Positions 46,636 through 55,769 of a DNA stretch of 64,000 nt are shown here, in pieces (within the stretch, counting starts at the first letter, position 1; each line of letters starts with the position of its first letter). The notes under the pieces are model-generated. The model had not been told where the DNA came from. It did no database searches and was given only the letters and a program-made list of their open reading frames with translations. A program made the translations under genes and the position numbers. The stretch lies in sequence record OP617741.1. One strand, given 5' to 3'. This stretch comes from Klebsiella phage KP13-16.

Positions 46636-46927
46636 CATATGACTATACAAAACAGAGCTTATTTTACAATTTTTGATTGAAATTAATTAAATAATAACTA
46701 TTATCATCTAAGTATGTATAATTATTCACTTTATTGCATAAGTAAGATCAATTCTCATTAACTCTAACCTTCCTAACCTTATTCAATTCTATGTAATAAA
46801 CTTTATATTAATTAGAAAACTAATCATTTATTATTTATAAATTGCGAAGCAATAAATAACGGTTCCCGATTGCAACATTTATTTAAATTATGTTATTATA
46901 AACAATTAAAACTAATAGGAAGTATTT

Positions 46928-47410
46928 ATGGCACTATTGAAAACAGATCACATTATTAAAACTTTTGAGAATTGGTATATTTGCAAATGTGAACTTTGTA
47001 ATGATTTATTTGCTATAACTATTGATGGAAGAAGAAAAAGTTATTGCTCTTGTAGTCTAAGTATAAGTAAGTTAAATAATAAACAAAATATTGTTTATAT
47101 ATTAGAAAACGGACAATCTTTTTATAAAATAGGCTTATCCTCTAAATCAAGTTTAGATTATAGAATAAAGGTTATAAACGAGGGATTTATTAAGTTAAAT
47201 TTAAAACCATTTTATTGTATTAAAACCTTAAATATTAAATCAAGATCTATTGCATATTCTATAGAGAGAATGCTTTTATATTCATTTAAAGATTTAAAAG
47301 CCTTTCCTATTAAACCTTATATTTTTGAAGGTCAAAGAGAAATAATTAAAGATTTAAATATATTTGCTTTAAATAATAGAATAAAAACTTTAATTTCTCT
47401 TTTCAAATAA
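46928..47410 (+). CDS. T5orf172/GIY-YIG-superfamily domain protein with N-terminal zinc-finger-like motif
   Basis: IVYILENGQSFYKIGLSSKSSLDYRIK resembles GIY-x10-YIG/T5orf172 core; CKCELC...CSCS; extremely AT-rich gene. Confidence 0.4.
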   Translation: MALLKTDHIIKTFENWYICKCELCNDLFAITIDGRRKSYCSCSLSISKLNNKQNIVYILENGQSFYKIGLSSKSSLDYRIKVINEGFIKLNLKPFYCIKTLNIKSRSIAYSIERMLLYSFKDLKAFPIKPYIFEGQREIIKDLNIFALNNRIKTLISLFK

Positions 47411-47439
47411 AAATGTTCGCGACGAAGTTTTAACGAGGA

Positions 47440-47620
47440 GCGAACATATATAGAGTAAAGTAACACCCTCCCTTTGGTCGTGAGTTCCTCTCTATATTGT
47501 TCGCTTGAGAACATTATGAGAGAATATCTCACCTTATAAATTATCGAACAATATAGAGAGTGATCCTAAAAGCTTTCAGTTGAAAGCTTTAAGTCTCCCT
47601 TTACTCTATATATGTTCGTT
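47440..47620 (+). repeat. nested perfect inverted repeats (potential ~180-nt cruciform/structured RNA)
   Basis: CGAACATATATAGAGTAAAG (47441-60) / CTTTACTCTATATATGTTCG (47599-618); inner CTCTATATTGTTCG / CGAACAATATAGAG; plus AAAGCTTTCAGTTGAAAGCTTT palindrome. Confidence 0.55.
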
Positions 47621-47929
47621 TTCTGAATGATTGCAAGTGCAATCAATTGCTACGCAATCAAATATGTTCGATAATGCTTTGTCAAGAATATAATGGATAA
47701 TGTTATAAATAAATATCTTTACTTTTAATAAAATTTGCCTGTTTACAGGTGGGCATAGCCCATCCCGGAAGGGACAAAATTTATGTGTGCAAATCCATTA
47801 AAATACTAAACAAGATTTTGATTGACTTTGTCAATTTGATGCGGGCATCAACTTAGCGAATAGCTAAGCATTGTTTTCTCTTTTCACTTGACAAGGCACC
47901 TTTTCAAAAATTTTTTCTTATGCGTAAAC

Positions 47930-48120
47930 GCAAATGAGATTTATTCTCACTTGACCATGAATGAGAATTATTCTAAATCTGATAATAATTCGTATTTGTT
48001 ATTGATTGCGCGATGTCGCAGAGCCGACAGAAAGCGCGAGGATCCTACGTGTAACAGTTATCAAACAGGCGGTTGACCTGTTATAAAGCTTGATTGATAA
48101 TCATTCTCATTCAAGATTTG
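47930..48120 (+). promoter_or_regulatory. second cluster of Fur-box-like palindromic operators overlapping sigma70-like promoters
   Basis: AATGAGAtttATTCTCA (47933-49); TTGACC(47951-56)-AATGAGAATTATTCTAAAT; TTGATT(48090-95)-GATAATCATTCTCATTC-AAGATT nearly identical to 40276-40303. Confidence 0.5.
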
Positions 48121-48149
48121 TTTTAGAGCAGAACTTGCAGAAAATGTCA

Positions 48150-48520
48150 AGAATCTGGGAGGAAATATATTTTTTATTTTGCTTGATATTTTAAAATTAT
48201 CAGGGTTCAAAATCTGGCACAACTTCGGCTATTAAGCACTGAGGACATAGAGCTTGAGCACTGTGGATGTAAATCCTAGAAGTAGATATATTCTGGGAGG
48301 GTTATGCCTTTTGTTAATTGAATCAATACTTTATAGATATTAAGGTTGCGTAAAGCAACTCAGACGTGAACGTCCATTATATTTTCTGGGAGGATATTTT
48401 AAAGATGGTGCCCCTGTTTTTAATTCTGAAATTTGGGGGAGGGGTGTAAAATTGAGTGGAAAACAGAGGTTAGTCAAATTGACTATTAATTAGTGGTTAA
48501 ATTGACTATTAATGAATAAT
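48150..48520 (+). repeat. short dispersed repeats in ~1-kb non-coding tract
   Basis: TCTGGGAGG x3 (48150, 48290, 48386) plus TTTGGGGGAGGGG; tandem AAATTGACTATTAAT x2 (48474-48512). Confidence 0.45.
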
Positions 48521-48634
48521 TATTCAGGGGTGTTTGATGGTAAGCAGGTTAGATGTTTATGCTATCGACACATTAGAGGAATATGTTTAAGAAATGTCAT
48601 TTTATCGACATATTGATGAGAATAGTAACTAATC

Positions 48635-49012
48635 TTATTTGGTATATGACGGGCAGATCTGGTGGTTGTTTCGTGTAGCATCAGCAACATATAAAATCTC
48701 ATTAAAAGATGAGAAGATGTTTTCATCTCGGAATGTAAAATCTACACCTTTATACGTGGTATCTAAGGGATAGAATTTATGATGTGATACACCCTCAGAA
48801 TAATGGATTATATCACCTTTAATAAGATAAGGTTGCAAGCGCTCTAAGAATTCTTCATGAAATTCTTCACTAAGATTGGTAACATAGGTATTGGGCAAAG
48901 GTAACTTTTTAATAACCATTGGCCTAGATACCTTCTCAAATGGGATCGTGTACCAATTACGCTCGCCATTACGTTGACGTGGTTCTACTGCAAAAATTTT
49001 AAAATCAGACAT
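48635..49012 (-). CDS. hypothetical protein (~125 aa)
   Basis: ORF track; start trimmed to MSDFKIF. Confidence 0.35.
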   Translation of the reverse strand: MSDFKIFAVEPRQRNGERNWYTIPFEKVSRPMVIKKLPLPNTYVTNLSEEFHEEFLERLQPYLIKGDIIHYSEGVSHHKFYPLDTTYKGVDFTFRDENIFSSFNEILYVADATRNNHQICPSYTK

Positions 49013-49250
49013 TTTGTTCTCCTGTTTTATTTTCAAGGTAAGCATCAATCACTCCGTACACACTAGAGTAATCCATGTCAGGGTACACATTTAAAATATT
49101 GTTGTAACAGTCTGAGGTTGTTTTATTTTTAGACTTTTTAGTCCCAAAAACAGTAAAATAGCTCTTACATGTCATTCGTGCTTGTTTAACCTGTTTACGA
49201 TCCCCGGTATCTTCAAAATTTAATTCTTTAATCATGGTTGTCATCTCCAC
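49005..49250 (-). CDS. hypothetical protein (81 aa)
   Basis: ORF track. Confidence 0.3.
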   Translation of the reverse strand: MEMTTMIKELNFEDTGDRKQVKQARMTCKSYFTVFGTKKSKNKTTSDCYNNILNVYPDMDYSSVYGVIDAYLENKTGEQNV

Positions 49251-49582
49251 TTTCTCATGGATTGCATACTGTTTTCCATCTCATCAATAAGAGTCTGTTC
49301 GTCAGGTGCAATACAATCCCAGATTGGTTGAAGCATTTCAAACCAACTGTCGATAGAGGTGTTTACCACAACAATTACATAGTTACCTTTAGGATCAACA
49401 TAGTGAACCAATCCAGTTGTACCATGACAATACTTACCATGATCATTTTTGCAATATGCAATCACTTTCCCTTGTTGAGCAAAAGACAGGACATCTTTCC
49501 AACCAGGATGCTGAAGACAAAGTGGTGAATAGTTTGGCACCTTAAAACAACTCTTATCTTTTGTATGATATTCTAATTTCAT
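49241..49582 (-). CDS. hypothetical Cys/His-rich protein (113 aa)
   Basis: ORF track. Confidence 0.35.
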   Translation of the reverse strand: MKLEYHTKDKSCFKVPNYSPLCLQHPGWKDVLSFAQQGKVIAYCKNDHGKYCHGTTGLVHYVDPKGNYVIVVVNTSIDSWFEMLQPIWDCIAPDEQTLIDEMENSMQSMRKWR

Positions 49583-49806
49583 TCTTTATCCTTATACCAA
49601 ACAAGAACTACAAAAGGAACCCAAGAACTAGCCCAACCCATAATTGCAGCTAATACCAGTGCAGCAGACCAATTCCATACCAGATCAAATCCCAGAATGT
49701 ATTTAAGTCCAAGATAAGTCACTCCCCAAGAGATAAATGAGGAAACCATCATCAAAATTAGACTATTAATAGCAAAAACAACACCTTTCATCTTATAACT
49801 CCTCAT
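49579..49806 (-). CDS. small two-TM membrane protein
   Basis: 75 aa, two hydrophobic helices. Confidence 0.4.
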   Translation of the reverse strand: MRSYKMKGVVFAINSLILMMVSSFISWGVTYLGLKYILGFDLVWNWSAALVLAAIMGWASSWVPFVVLVWYKDKE

Positions 49807-49818
49807 TATGTTTTAAAC

Positions 49819-50241
49819 TCATTTATCAAGCCTCTCCAAAAGAATCTTAATTTCTTCAAGATCTACATCTTGCCAACTTTGTTGTATGAAGTCAAGTGTT
49901 CCACGAGAATTTTTACGTGTAGTGGTACATTTTCCACCTGATGCTAATCTATCTGAAATATTCTTAATGAGTTCATCTTTTGAACTCTTAGTCAAACAGC
50001 TATCGAAGCTCCCATGAAGGACGCCTTTAATTAATCCCATATTGTCACCAAACATTATGATGTTATGGTAAACTATAGAACCTCTAAGACCTTCTTCAGT
50101 ATTGAAGATTGAGTCTTTGTCAAACTTAACTAAAGGAGTTCCATCAATAGCTCTTTTATAGACTTGAGTAGATCTGCACTCCTCAATGTCAAATAGCCAT
50201 TTAAACAGATTGTTTACAACACTTTTACCTAAGCTTCTCAT
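49819..50241 (-). CDS. hypothetical protein (140 aa)
   Basis: ORF track. Confidence 0.35.
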   Translation of the reverse strand: MRSLGKSVVNNLFKWLFDIEECRSTQVYKRAIDGTPLVKFDKDSIFNTEEGLRGSIVYHNIIMFGDNMGLIKGVLHGSFDSCLTKSSKDELIKNISDRLASGGKCTTTRKNSRGTLDFIQQSWQDVDLEEIKILLERLDK

Positions 50242-50440
50242 GTAGATTTTCTCTTACTTTACGTATAATGTGATTGGGTATAAACAATAAAACAAGAATA
50301 AAAGGCCATATAATTATGCAAATTGTACTATAGAGAGCTTTTAATAATAAAGACCCTCCATCCTTGATCATCATAACAGAAATAAATTCAATAACACCTA
50401 AAACTAAACCTGTAAAAAGATAGATCTGTAATATCTGCAC
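50225..50440 (-). CDS. small two-TM membrane protein
   Basis: 71 aa hydrophobic. Confidence 0.4.
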   Translation of the reverse strand: MQILQIYLFTGLVLGVIEFISVMMIKDGGSLLLKALYSTICIIIWPFILVLLFIPNHIIRKVRENLHEKLR

Positions 50441-51591
50441 TATTCTTTACCTTCTGCAATACGAAGGAGTTTAACAACACCTTCAATTTCTCGTCTTGGT
50501 TTAGAGTATAGACGACGCTTATGCTTTGTCAAGAATGATTCCAGAAAATCTAGTGGTTTAAATGACAAAATCTGTTCTACTTGGTGATCAACATCATAGG
50601 AATTCTGAACCATACGATAAACAGCTTGTTTTACAGTCACTGGAGTCCAACCTTTCGCAATGGCAGTCTCGGTCACAACACGCCTCTTACCTTCAGACCA
50701 ACCTTCATTAATTGGGTAAGCATTTTCACCGTATTTCTTTTCAAACAACTCTACGGCTTTGTCTGCTAACTGGTCTTCTTCGTCTTCTGTGCGGGAATAG
50801 CTATAAAATGAACTGTTTTTCTTCCTACGACCACTAAACAGAGCAAGATCATCATAGTTTTCTAGGGCAAGTTGTGCCAGCAGTTCAATGTCATCACTTT
50901 CTGACAGAAGGTTGTTAGCATTGTACTTGAGTTCATATTCATTAACAGAATCACGATCCCGGTCTAACACAAAAGTCTCTGGTTTGAAGTCATAATCGAA
51001 CTTATATTTACCATTTCTTAACGTGGTTACATACAAACCATTTACAAACAGTGTACACTCTTGGTTGTTTGAGTCTTTTGCATAAGCTTTCCCACGAGAA
51101 TTCTCAATAATGATATCTCGTGATGTTGTAGGGGCATAGTTATCTTTAATTTCATCCATAGCCCAAGAAGGGATGTTGTAGATATTGACCTCAACGTAGT
51201 CTTCTCCACCTTCAAGGCACCCTTCGTCAATCTCAATAGCTAAAACCTTTGATTCAAACATATCATCGTAAACAAATTTTGGTTTCCATCGGTCTACTCC
51301 GTTCAGCACCTCAATTTCTGCACCTTCACGAAGTAAAACAAGAAAGCCCAACTTCATACCTTCACCAAACTTTCCAATTGTAGTTGGATCCTCTTTTTTA
51401 GAGGATTTTCCCATCAAAAGTGCGTTAACAGGGATCTTACCACCATGAGAGATAATATGCAAACTATCGTGTTTAAAGTTAACATCAAACTTACCTGTGT
51501 CGATAGCATTTTGCAGTAATTCACGAGCACCCTGCCACCAGGACCAGTGTGAGACATAATCTTCTGTAAGACTAAGTTTAACTAATTTCAT
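50440..51591 (-). CDS. GHKL-superfamily ATPase-like protein (Hsp90/MutL/MORC-type Bergerat fold)
   Basis: N-box ARELLQNAIDTG, G1-like ISHGGKIP, G2 box IGKFGEGMKLGF. Confidence 0.45.
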   Translation of the reverse strand: MKLVKLSLTEDYVSHWSWWQGARELLQNAIDTGKFDVNFKHDSLHIISHGGKIPVNALLMGKSSKKEDPTTIGKFGEGMKLGFLVLLREGAEIEVLNGVDRWKPKFVYDDMFESKVLAIEIDEGCLEGGEDYVEVNIYNIPSWAMDEIKDNYAPTTSRDIIIENSRGKAYAKDSNNQECTLFVNGLYVTTLRNGKYKFDYDFKPETFVLDRDRDSVNEYELKYNANNLLSESDDIELLAQLALENYDDLALFSGRRKKNSSFYSYSRTEDEEDQLADKAVELFEKKYGENAYPINEGWSEGKRRVVTETAIAKGWTPVTVKQAVYRMVQNSYDVDHQVEQILSFKPLDFLESFLTKHKRRLYSKPRREIEGVVKLLRIAEGKE

Positions 51592-51604
51592 ATCTTTCCT
51601 TATC

Positions 51605-52225
51605 TTATCCTAACATTGGGAGGAATAACCTGTTGTTACTCAGAATTAACTCTTTTTGAATAAGTCCATAAATGACAAAGGCATGACCACACTTCTTATC
51701 TTCTGCATGGATCACATCGAAGTAAGTCATACCCAGTTCCTGATAGTAGTACCCATCAAAATCAAGTAATGCGATCTTATCACCACTGGCTACACGAGTC
51801 CATAAATCTTTAAATGTTTCTGTCTTGACGACTGCACGTGCGTACATAGGGAAGTAGAGATTCCTTCGTGCTGAGATGTAGTCTAATTTTTTGCCATCCC
51901 AAATACTATACAAAGGTTTTCTGCCTTTTCCCATAGGATATCTTTCCGCTCTCCAGTTAGCCCAACCTGTTTTAGCCCACTTATAATACTCTTCAGTAGG
52001 GTTTCCATTTTCATCTACGTGTTCTTCATAGACTTTACTGAATTGCCAAGCGTTTTCCATGTTCTTTGCTACAATACCATTATACATGGGAATGTCACGA
52101 AGATAGAAAGGGCTAAGTTGCTGTCCATAACCTTCTTTATCACGGCTTGTAGTGTTGACTACTTTAAATCCCTCTGGAACTTTATCACGCATACCAACTA
52201 CAATGAGATTATCAAACTTCATCAT
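51605..52225 (-). CDS. hypothetical protein (206 aa)
   Basis: ORF track. Confidence 0.35.
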   Translation of the reverse strand: MMKFDNLIVVGMRDKVPEGFKVVNTTSRDKEGYGQQLSPFYLRDIPMYNGIVAKNMENAWQFSKVYEEHVDENGNPTEEYYKWAKTGWANWRAERYPMGKGRKPLYSIWDGKKLDYISARRNLYFPMYARAVVKTETFKDLWTRVASGDKIALLDFDGYYYQELGMTYFDVIHAEDKKCGHAFVIYGLIQKELILSNNRLFLPMLG

Positions 52226-52457
52226 TATCTCCGTAGTTATTATGATAGTATTGGATAGCCTCCTCTAGGTCCATTCCACACATACCTGTTTCATTGATAC
52301 TCACAGTATATTTATTCTGATATCGCTCGACAACATTACCTTCCTCGTCATGTCGTGTCCACCAACCTCCTCCTGGGATAACAGTAACCACATTATTCAG
52401 TATGAAATCAAACATCTGTTCTTTAGTTAGTTTCATCAGTTTTCTCCGTAATCTCAT
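52212..52457 (-). CDS. hypothetical protein (81 aa)
   Basis: ORF track. Confidence 0.3.
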   Translation of the reverse strand: MRLRRKLMKLTKEQMFDFILNNVVTVIPGGGWWTRHDEEGNVVERYQNKYTVSINETGMCGMDLEEAIQYYHNNYGDNDEV

Positions 52458-52692
52458 CCAAGAAGCCTAGAAGTGCCTTACCTGTTTCATCACAATTCTT
52501 CATTGATCGTTCAAGATTCATCGTTATGAGTTCTCTGACACTCGGATCCTCACTATTGTCAAACTTCCACATGTGACTAAACACTTCATATTGTGCCTCG
52601 CTGACTAAGACGTTCTCAATTAATCTCATTAAAGTATTACGCTGCCGTTTTGTGATCATATTACCACCATAAACACTGATAATACTTACCAA
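52423..52692 (-). CDS. hypothetical protein (89 aa)
   Basis: ORF track. Confidence 0.3.
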   Translation of the reverse strand: MVSIISVYGGNMITKRQRNTLMRLIENVLVSEAQYEVFSHMWKFDNSEDPSVRELITMNLERSMKNCDETGKALLGFLDEITEKTDETN

Positions 52693-53131
52693 ATAAAACT
52701 AAACCTTCTTCAACTTTAGTTCTATATAGGGCTTCATCAACCTTGTAACGAGAGTATTCATTCTCGTTTGTTGCTTTTATGTTGACTGAAACATTACCAT
52801 CTTCTCTCTGTTGGGTTACATGATTGAATTTAAACGCATAATCTTTTAGATTAGGTTCATTCTTAGTATTAAAAGCATAGATCATTTTATCAATAATTTC
52901 AATCCAAAGTTTCGAACCTTCCTCTAGTTGTTCATCTGAATAATTTCCTTGATGTTCTGGATAGAGATCACCTAAAACAAGACTTGGTACACCTACCCAA
53001 TCTTTACGAGAAGGGTGTGTGATAACTTCTTTAAATTTTTTCAGTGCAGAGAGTATAATTGGATTAAGGGTGCTATCTAAGCTCCAAGTGTCTTTTACAC
53101 CAAACTGAATACCTTTACGATTCATATACAT
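52661..53131 (-). CDS. hypothetical protein (156 aa)
   Basis: ORF track. Confidence 0.35.
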   Translation of the reverse strand: MYMNRKGIQFGVKDTWSLDSTLNPIILSALKKFKEVITHPSRKDWVGVPSLVLGDLYPEHQGNYSDEQLEEGSKLWIEIIDKMIYAFNTKNEPNLKDYAFKFNHVTQQREDGNVSVNIKATNENEYSRYKVDEALYRTKVEEGLVLFGKYYQCLWW

Positions 53132-53231
53132 TATTCTTTCTCCTTCTCTTTTTCTTCATTTTGTTTCTGCATTCTTTCACGTAAGATTTTAGCTTGTTCT
53201 TCTGTTAAAGGTCCATAACTCATAAATTACC

Positions 53232-53480
53232 TCACAGGATTAAATATAGAATAAAGACTATAGCAAGAAAAATCCAAATAGTCTTACCAGAAACTTTAGA
53301 TCGTTTAGTTTCATAACTAAGACCAGTTCCATGTGCACCGATTGTATTCTTTACTCCATCTTTGTTGATATTTGAAGTAAACCATCCTGCCCGAACACTG
53401 GTTGAATTAATACCTTTCTTCCCAAGATTGATGTAAACTCCAGGTAGTATTTTAATACGTTGTCTAAATCTGAATCCCAT
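53232..53480 (-). CDS. DUF4236-like protein with C-terminal TM anchor
   Basis: MGFRFRQRIKILPGVYINLGKKGINSTSV matches DUF4236 N-terminal motif; C-terminal hydrophobic helix. Confidence 0.45.
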   Translation of the reverse strand: MGFRFRQRIKILPGVYINLGKKGINSTSVRAGWFTSNINKDGVKNTIGAHGTGLSYETKRSKVSGKTIWIFLAIVFILYLIL

Positions 53481-53488
53481 AATTTTCC

Positions 53489-53767
53489 TTAAGATTTATT
53501 CCACTTTTTAAGTAATTTAGATGCAAGTTGATAATTACCATTTGCATGACCATCTGTCTTTGCGGCTTCCCGAAGATAGGGTAGAGATTGTTCAAGAACA
53601 TCTGCAAGTTCAGGAGAAATAGCGATAACTTTGGCAAGCTCTTTCGTTTCTGCCTCACAAATAGGTTGGCATGAAGTAAAACCAGGACCAAGGCGCTCAA
53701 AACTTCCTTTTCGAATAACACGATGTTCATCACCAAACTGTTTATATTCCCACTTTTCTTTAGTCAT
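53489..53767 (-). CDS. hypothetical protein (~92 aa)
   Basis: ORF track; start trimmed to MTKEKWEYK. Confidence 0.3.
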   Translation of the reverse strand: MTKEKWEYKQFGDEHRVIRKGSFERLGPGFTSCQPICEAETKELAKVIAISPELADVLEQSLPYLREAAKTDGHANGNYQLASKLLKKWNKS

Positions 53768-53777
53768 TTTATACACC

Positions 53778-54104
53778 TTAGAATTCGTTATTGTAACCTT
53801 TGTACATCCCAGTATTGGCAATTGCATCTTTGATTAATCCATCAAAGAGTTTTACAAACTGAGTGGCTGTTGAATTATAATCCCAATAATAGTCAGCAGT
53901 ATCATTATAAGCACCGACACACAAAGAAGATCCGTTTCCGAAGTTTTCATGTTCAATAAATAGATAATCATTAAAGAATTGTTTTAGTTTCTGGTTATCA
54001 GTCTCAATGAAACGCCCCCAACCACAATAAGGACCTTCATCATCACCTAAACCACGAATTTCATTAACAAACTCATTTTTCTTAATTTTGTACTTTATTT
54101 TCAT
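53778..54104 (-). CDS. hypothetical protein (108 aa)
   Basis: ORF track. Confidence 0.35.
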   Translation of the reverse strand: MKIKYKIKKNEFVNEIRGLGDDEGPYCGWGRFIETDNQKLKQFFNDYLFIEHENFGNGSSLCVGAYNDTADYYWDYNSTATQFVKLFDGLIKDAIANTGMYKGYNNEF

Positions 54105-54429
54105 ATTTTATTTTTGCCCATTCGATTGCCGCAAGTATCACATCACAATGACATGCCACTTCTTTGTTCGGCTGTTTACAGAAGCATACAAGGTCTTTAC
54201 CATCTAAGTCAAGCAGATCTTGAATAGTAATTTTACCTGTACGGATTTGTTGCCACAACCACACTCGGTATTGTTCAATAACCTCAGCACGATTTGAACC
54301 GTCTTTATTCAATCTAAATTTATTAGCAAACTTAGATCCCTTCAAACCAAGATGGGGCATAGCTCGCCCCATATATTCAGCATTCTCAGGGATCACTTTA
54401 CCGATGTGGTAAAAGTTTAATACTCTCAT
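54082..54429 (-). CDS. DUF4326-like protein
   Basis: GKDLVCFCKQPNKEVACHCDVIL matches DUF4326 C.C....CH..vL signature. Confidence 0.4.
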   Translation of the reverse strand: MRVLNFYHIGKVIPENAEYMGRAMPHLGLKGSKFANKFRLNKDGSNRAEVIEQYRVWLWQQIRTGKITIQDLLDLDGKDLVCFCKQPNKEVACHCDVILAAIEWAKIKYENKVQN

Positions 54430-54490
54430 TTCTTCCTCTTAAAGATAACGTCTGTTGCCCAGATAATCAACAGAAAGATAAATACACTTA

Positions 54491-54736
54491 CTATGATATT
54501 AACTGTCTCCCAGTCCATACGTCACCTCCAGGATCTGTTGAGATTAAATTATACTCAATACCCTCTATGATTGCTACATCTTTTTCATAGATAACCAACC
54601 ATTTATCATCGACACAAGAGGGTTTACAGATAGGTGTGTAACCTAATAATGCCGTCATAGTGTCTACTGCAAGTCTTCTGGTATTGAACTCTTTTACAAC
54701 TATGTCTTTCTCAGATTTAATAGTGCATGTTAACAT
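54491..54736 (-). CDS. small protein, paralog of 54804-55025
   Basis: shared FNTR..AV.TM.ALL...DKWLV.YEK block. Confidence 0.35.
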   Translation of the reverse strand: MLTCTIKSEKDIVVKEFNTRRLAVDTMTALLGYTPICKPSCVDDKWLVIYEKDVAIIEGIEYNLISTDPGGDVWTGRQLIS

Positions 54737-54803
54737 AAAACCTCCTAAAGTGTTATACTACTATTTTACCGTAGTATTGACCTTAAGAGGTTAAGAATCA
54801 TCC

Positions 54804-55025
54804 CTATTGTGAATTATCTGTTAATTTTTCAGCATCGTCTGCTTCAGCCCTAGTAAACTCCCCATCCATAATGATAGAGGTCTCTTTTTCGTAAGAGACT
54901 AACCATTTATCCTGCATCTTGTTTATCTGAAATTTATCTTCCAGCAACGCAGACATTGTTGAAACTGCTTTGCTCCTGGTATTGAAGATTTTTCCTACAA
55001 CTTCTCTCTGATTAATTATTTCCAT
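54804..55025 (-). CDS. small protein, paralog of 54491-54736
   Basis: shared block as above. Confidence 0.35.
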   Translation of the reverse strand: MEIINQREVVGKIFNTRSKAVSTMSALLEDKFQINKMQDKWLVSYEKETSIIMDGEFTRAEADDAEKLTDNSQ

Positions 55026-55031
55026 TAGATC

Positions 55032-55700
55032 TCACTCAATATTTAAACGTTTACACATACGTTGAACTTGAATAGGTGAATATTCACCACCATTACGTGC
55101 TTTGATCCCTTTCTTGTTAAAGTTATCTGCAATCTGTGCATAGGTTAAACCAATGGAGCGCATGGTGTCAAGCTTTTCTTTGTACTGCTCTGCAAAATTT
55201 GTAGCAGATTTGGCAAGACGTTGACCGAACACTTTACTACTTTTGTTTCTGTGTACCGCAGCACCAATAAGAACACCTTTTGATTTAGCAACACTCAGGG
55301 CTGCTTTGGTTCGGGATGAGATAGCTCGTGCCTCTTCCTCTGCCATTACAGACATAATCTGAATAACCATGTTAGTGGCACTTGGCATTGTAGCAATTCG
55401 TACATTGATTCGGTTTAACAGGTGGCTGACAGACTCTACCTGACGACCAAGACGGTCAACTTTAGAAACCAGAAGAGTTGAGCCAGTCTCCTCGCAGAGT
55501 TTAACTGCCTTTACTAGCTCTTTACGCTCAGTCCAGATAGACTTACCGGAATATGTCTCTGAAAACTCTGCAATTACTTCTGCCCCTGGAATCTGTTTAA
55601 GGAAACATTGGATATCATGGTCCTGTGAACCAAAACCATACTGATTACCTTCAACTTTTTCTTTAGAAAGACGTTTGTAAACTACAAATTTCTCTGACAT
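55032..55700 (-). CDS. serine recombinase (resolvase/invertase family)
   Basis: VVYKRLSKEK...GNQYGFGSQDHDIQ catalytic Ser region, LLVSKVDRLGRQV motif, C-terminal HTH. Confidence 0.7.
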   Translation of the reverse strand: MSEKFVVYKRLSKEKVEGNQYGFGSQDHDIQCFLKQIPGAEVIAEFSETYSGKSIWTERKELVKAVKLCEETGSTLLVSKVDRLGRQVESVSHLLNRINVRIATMPSATNMVIQIMSVMAEEEARAISSRTKAALSVAKSKGVLIGAAVHRNKSSKVFGQRLAKSATNFAEQYKEKLDTMRSIGLTYAQIADNFNKKGIKARNGGEYSPIQVQRMCKRLNIE

Positions 55701-55769
55701 TTTAAAACTCCGATTTGTTCTGTTCTTGTTATGTAGTTTGGCCTAGTCTCAGACTTTTGTCAAGTCTAA

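Noticed and set aside
51605-52225. Possible NADAR (YbiA-like) ADP-ribose-processing domain, from an ENAWQFSKV resemblance to EHYFQAQKF
   Set aside because: The N-terminal FY…GxFSNF and C-terminal NxLGxxLMxVR NADAR signatures are not present. Left as hypothetical.
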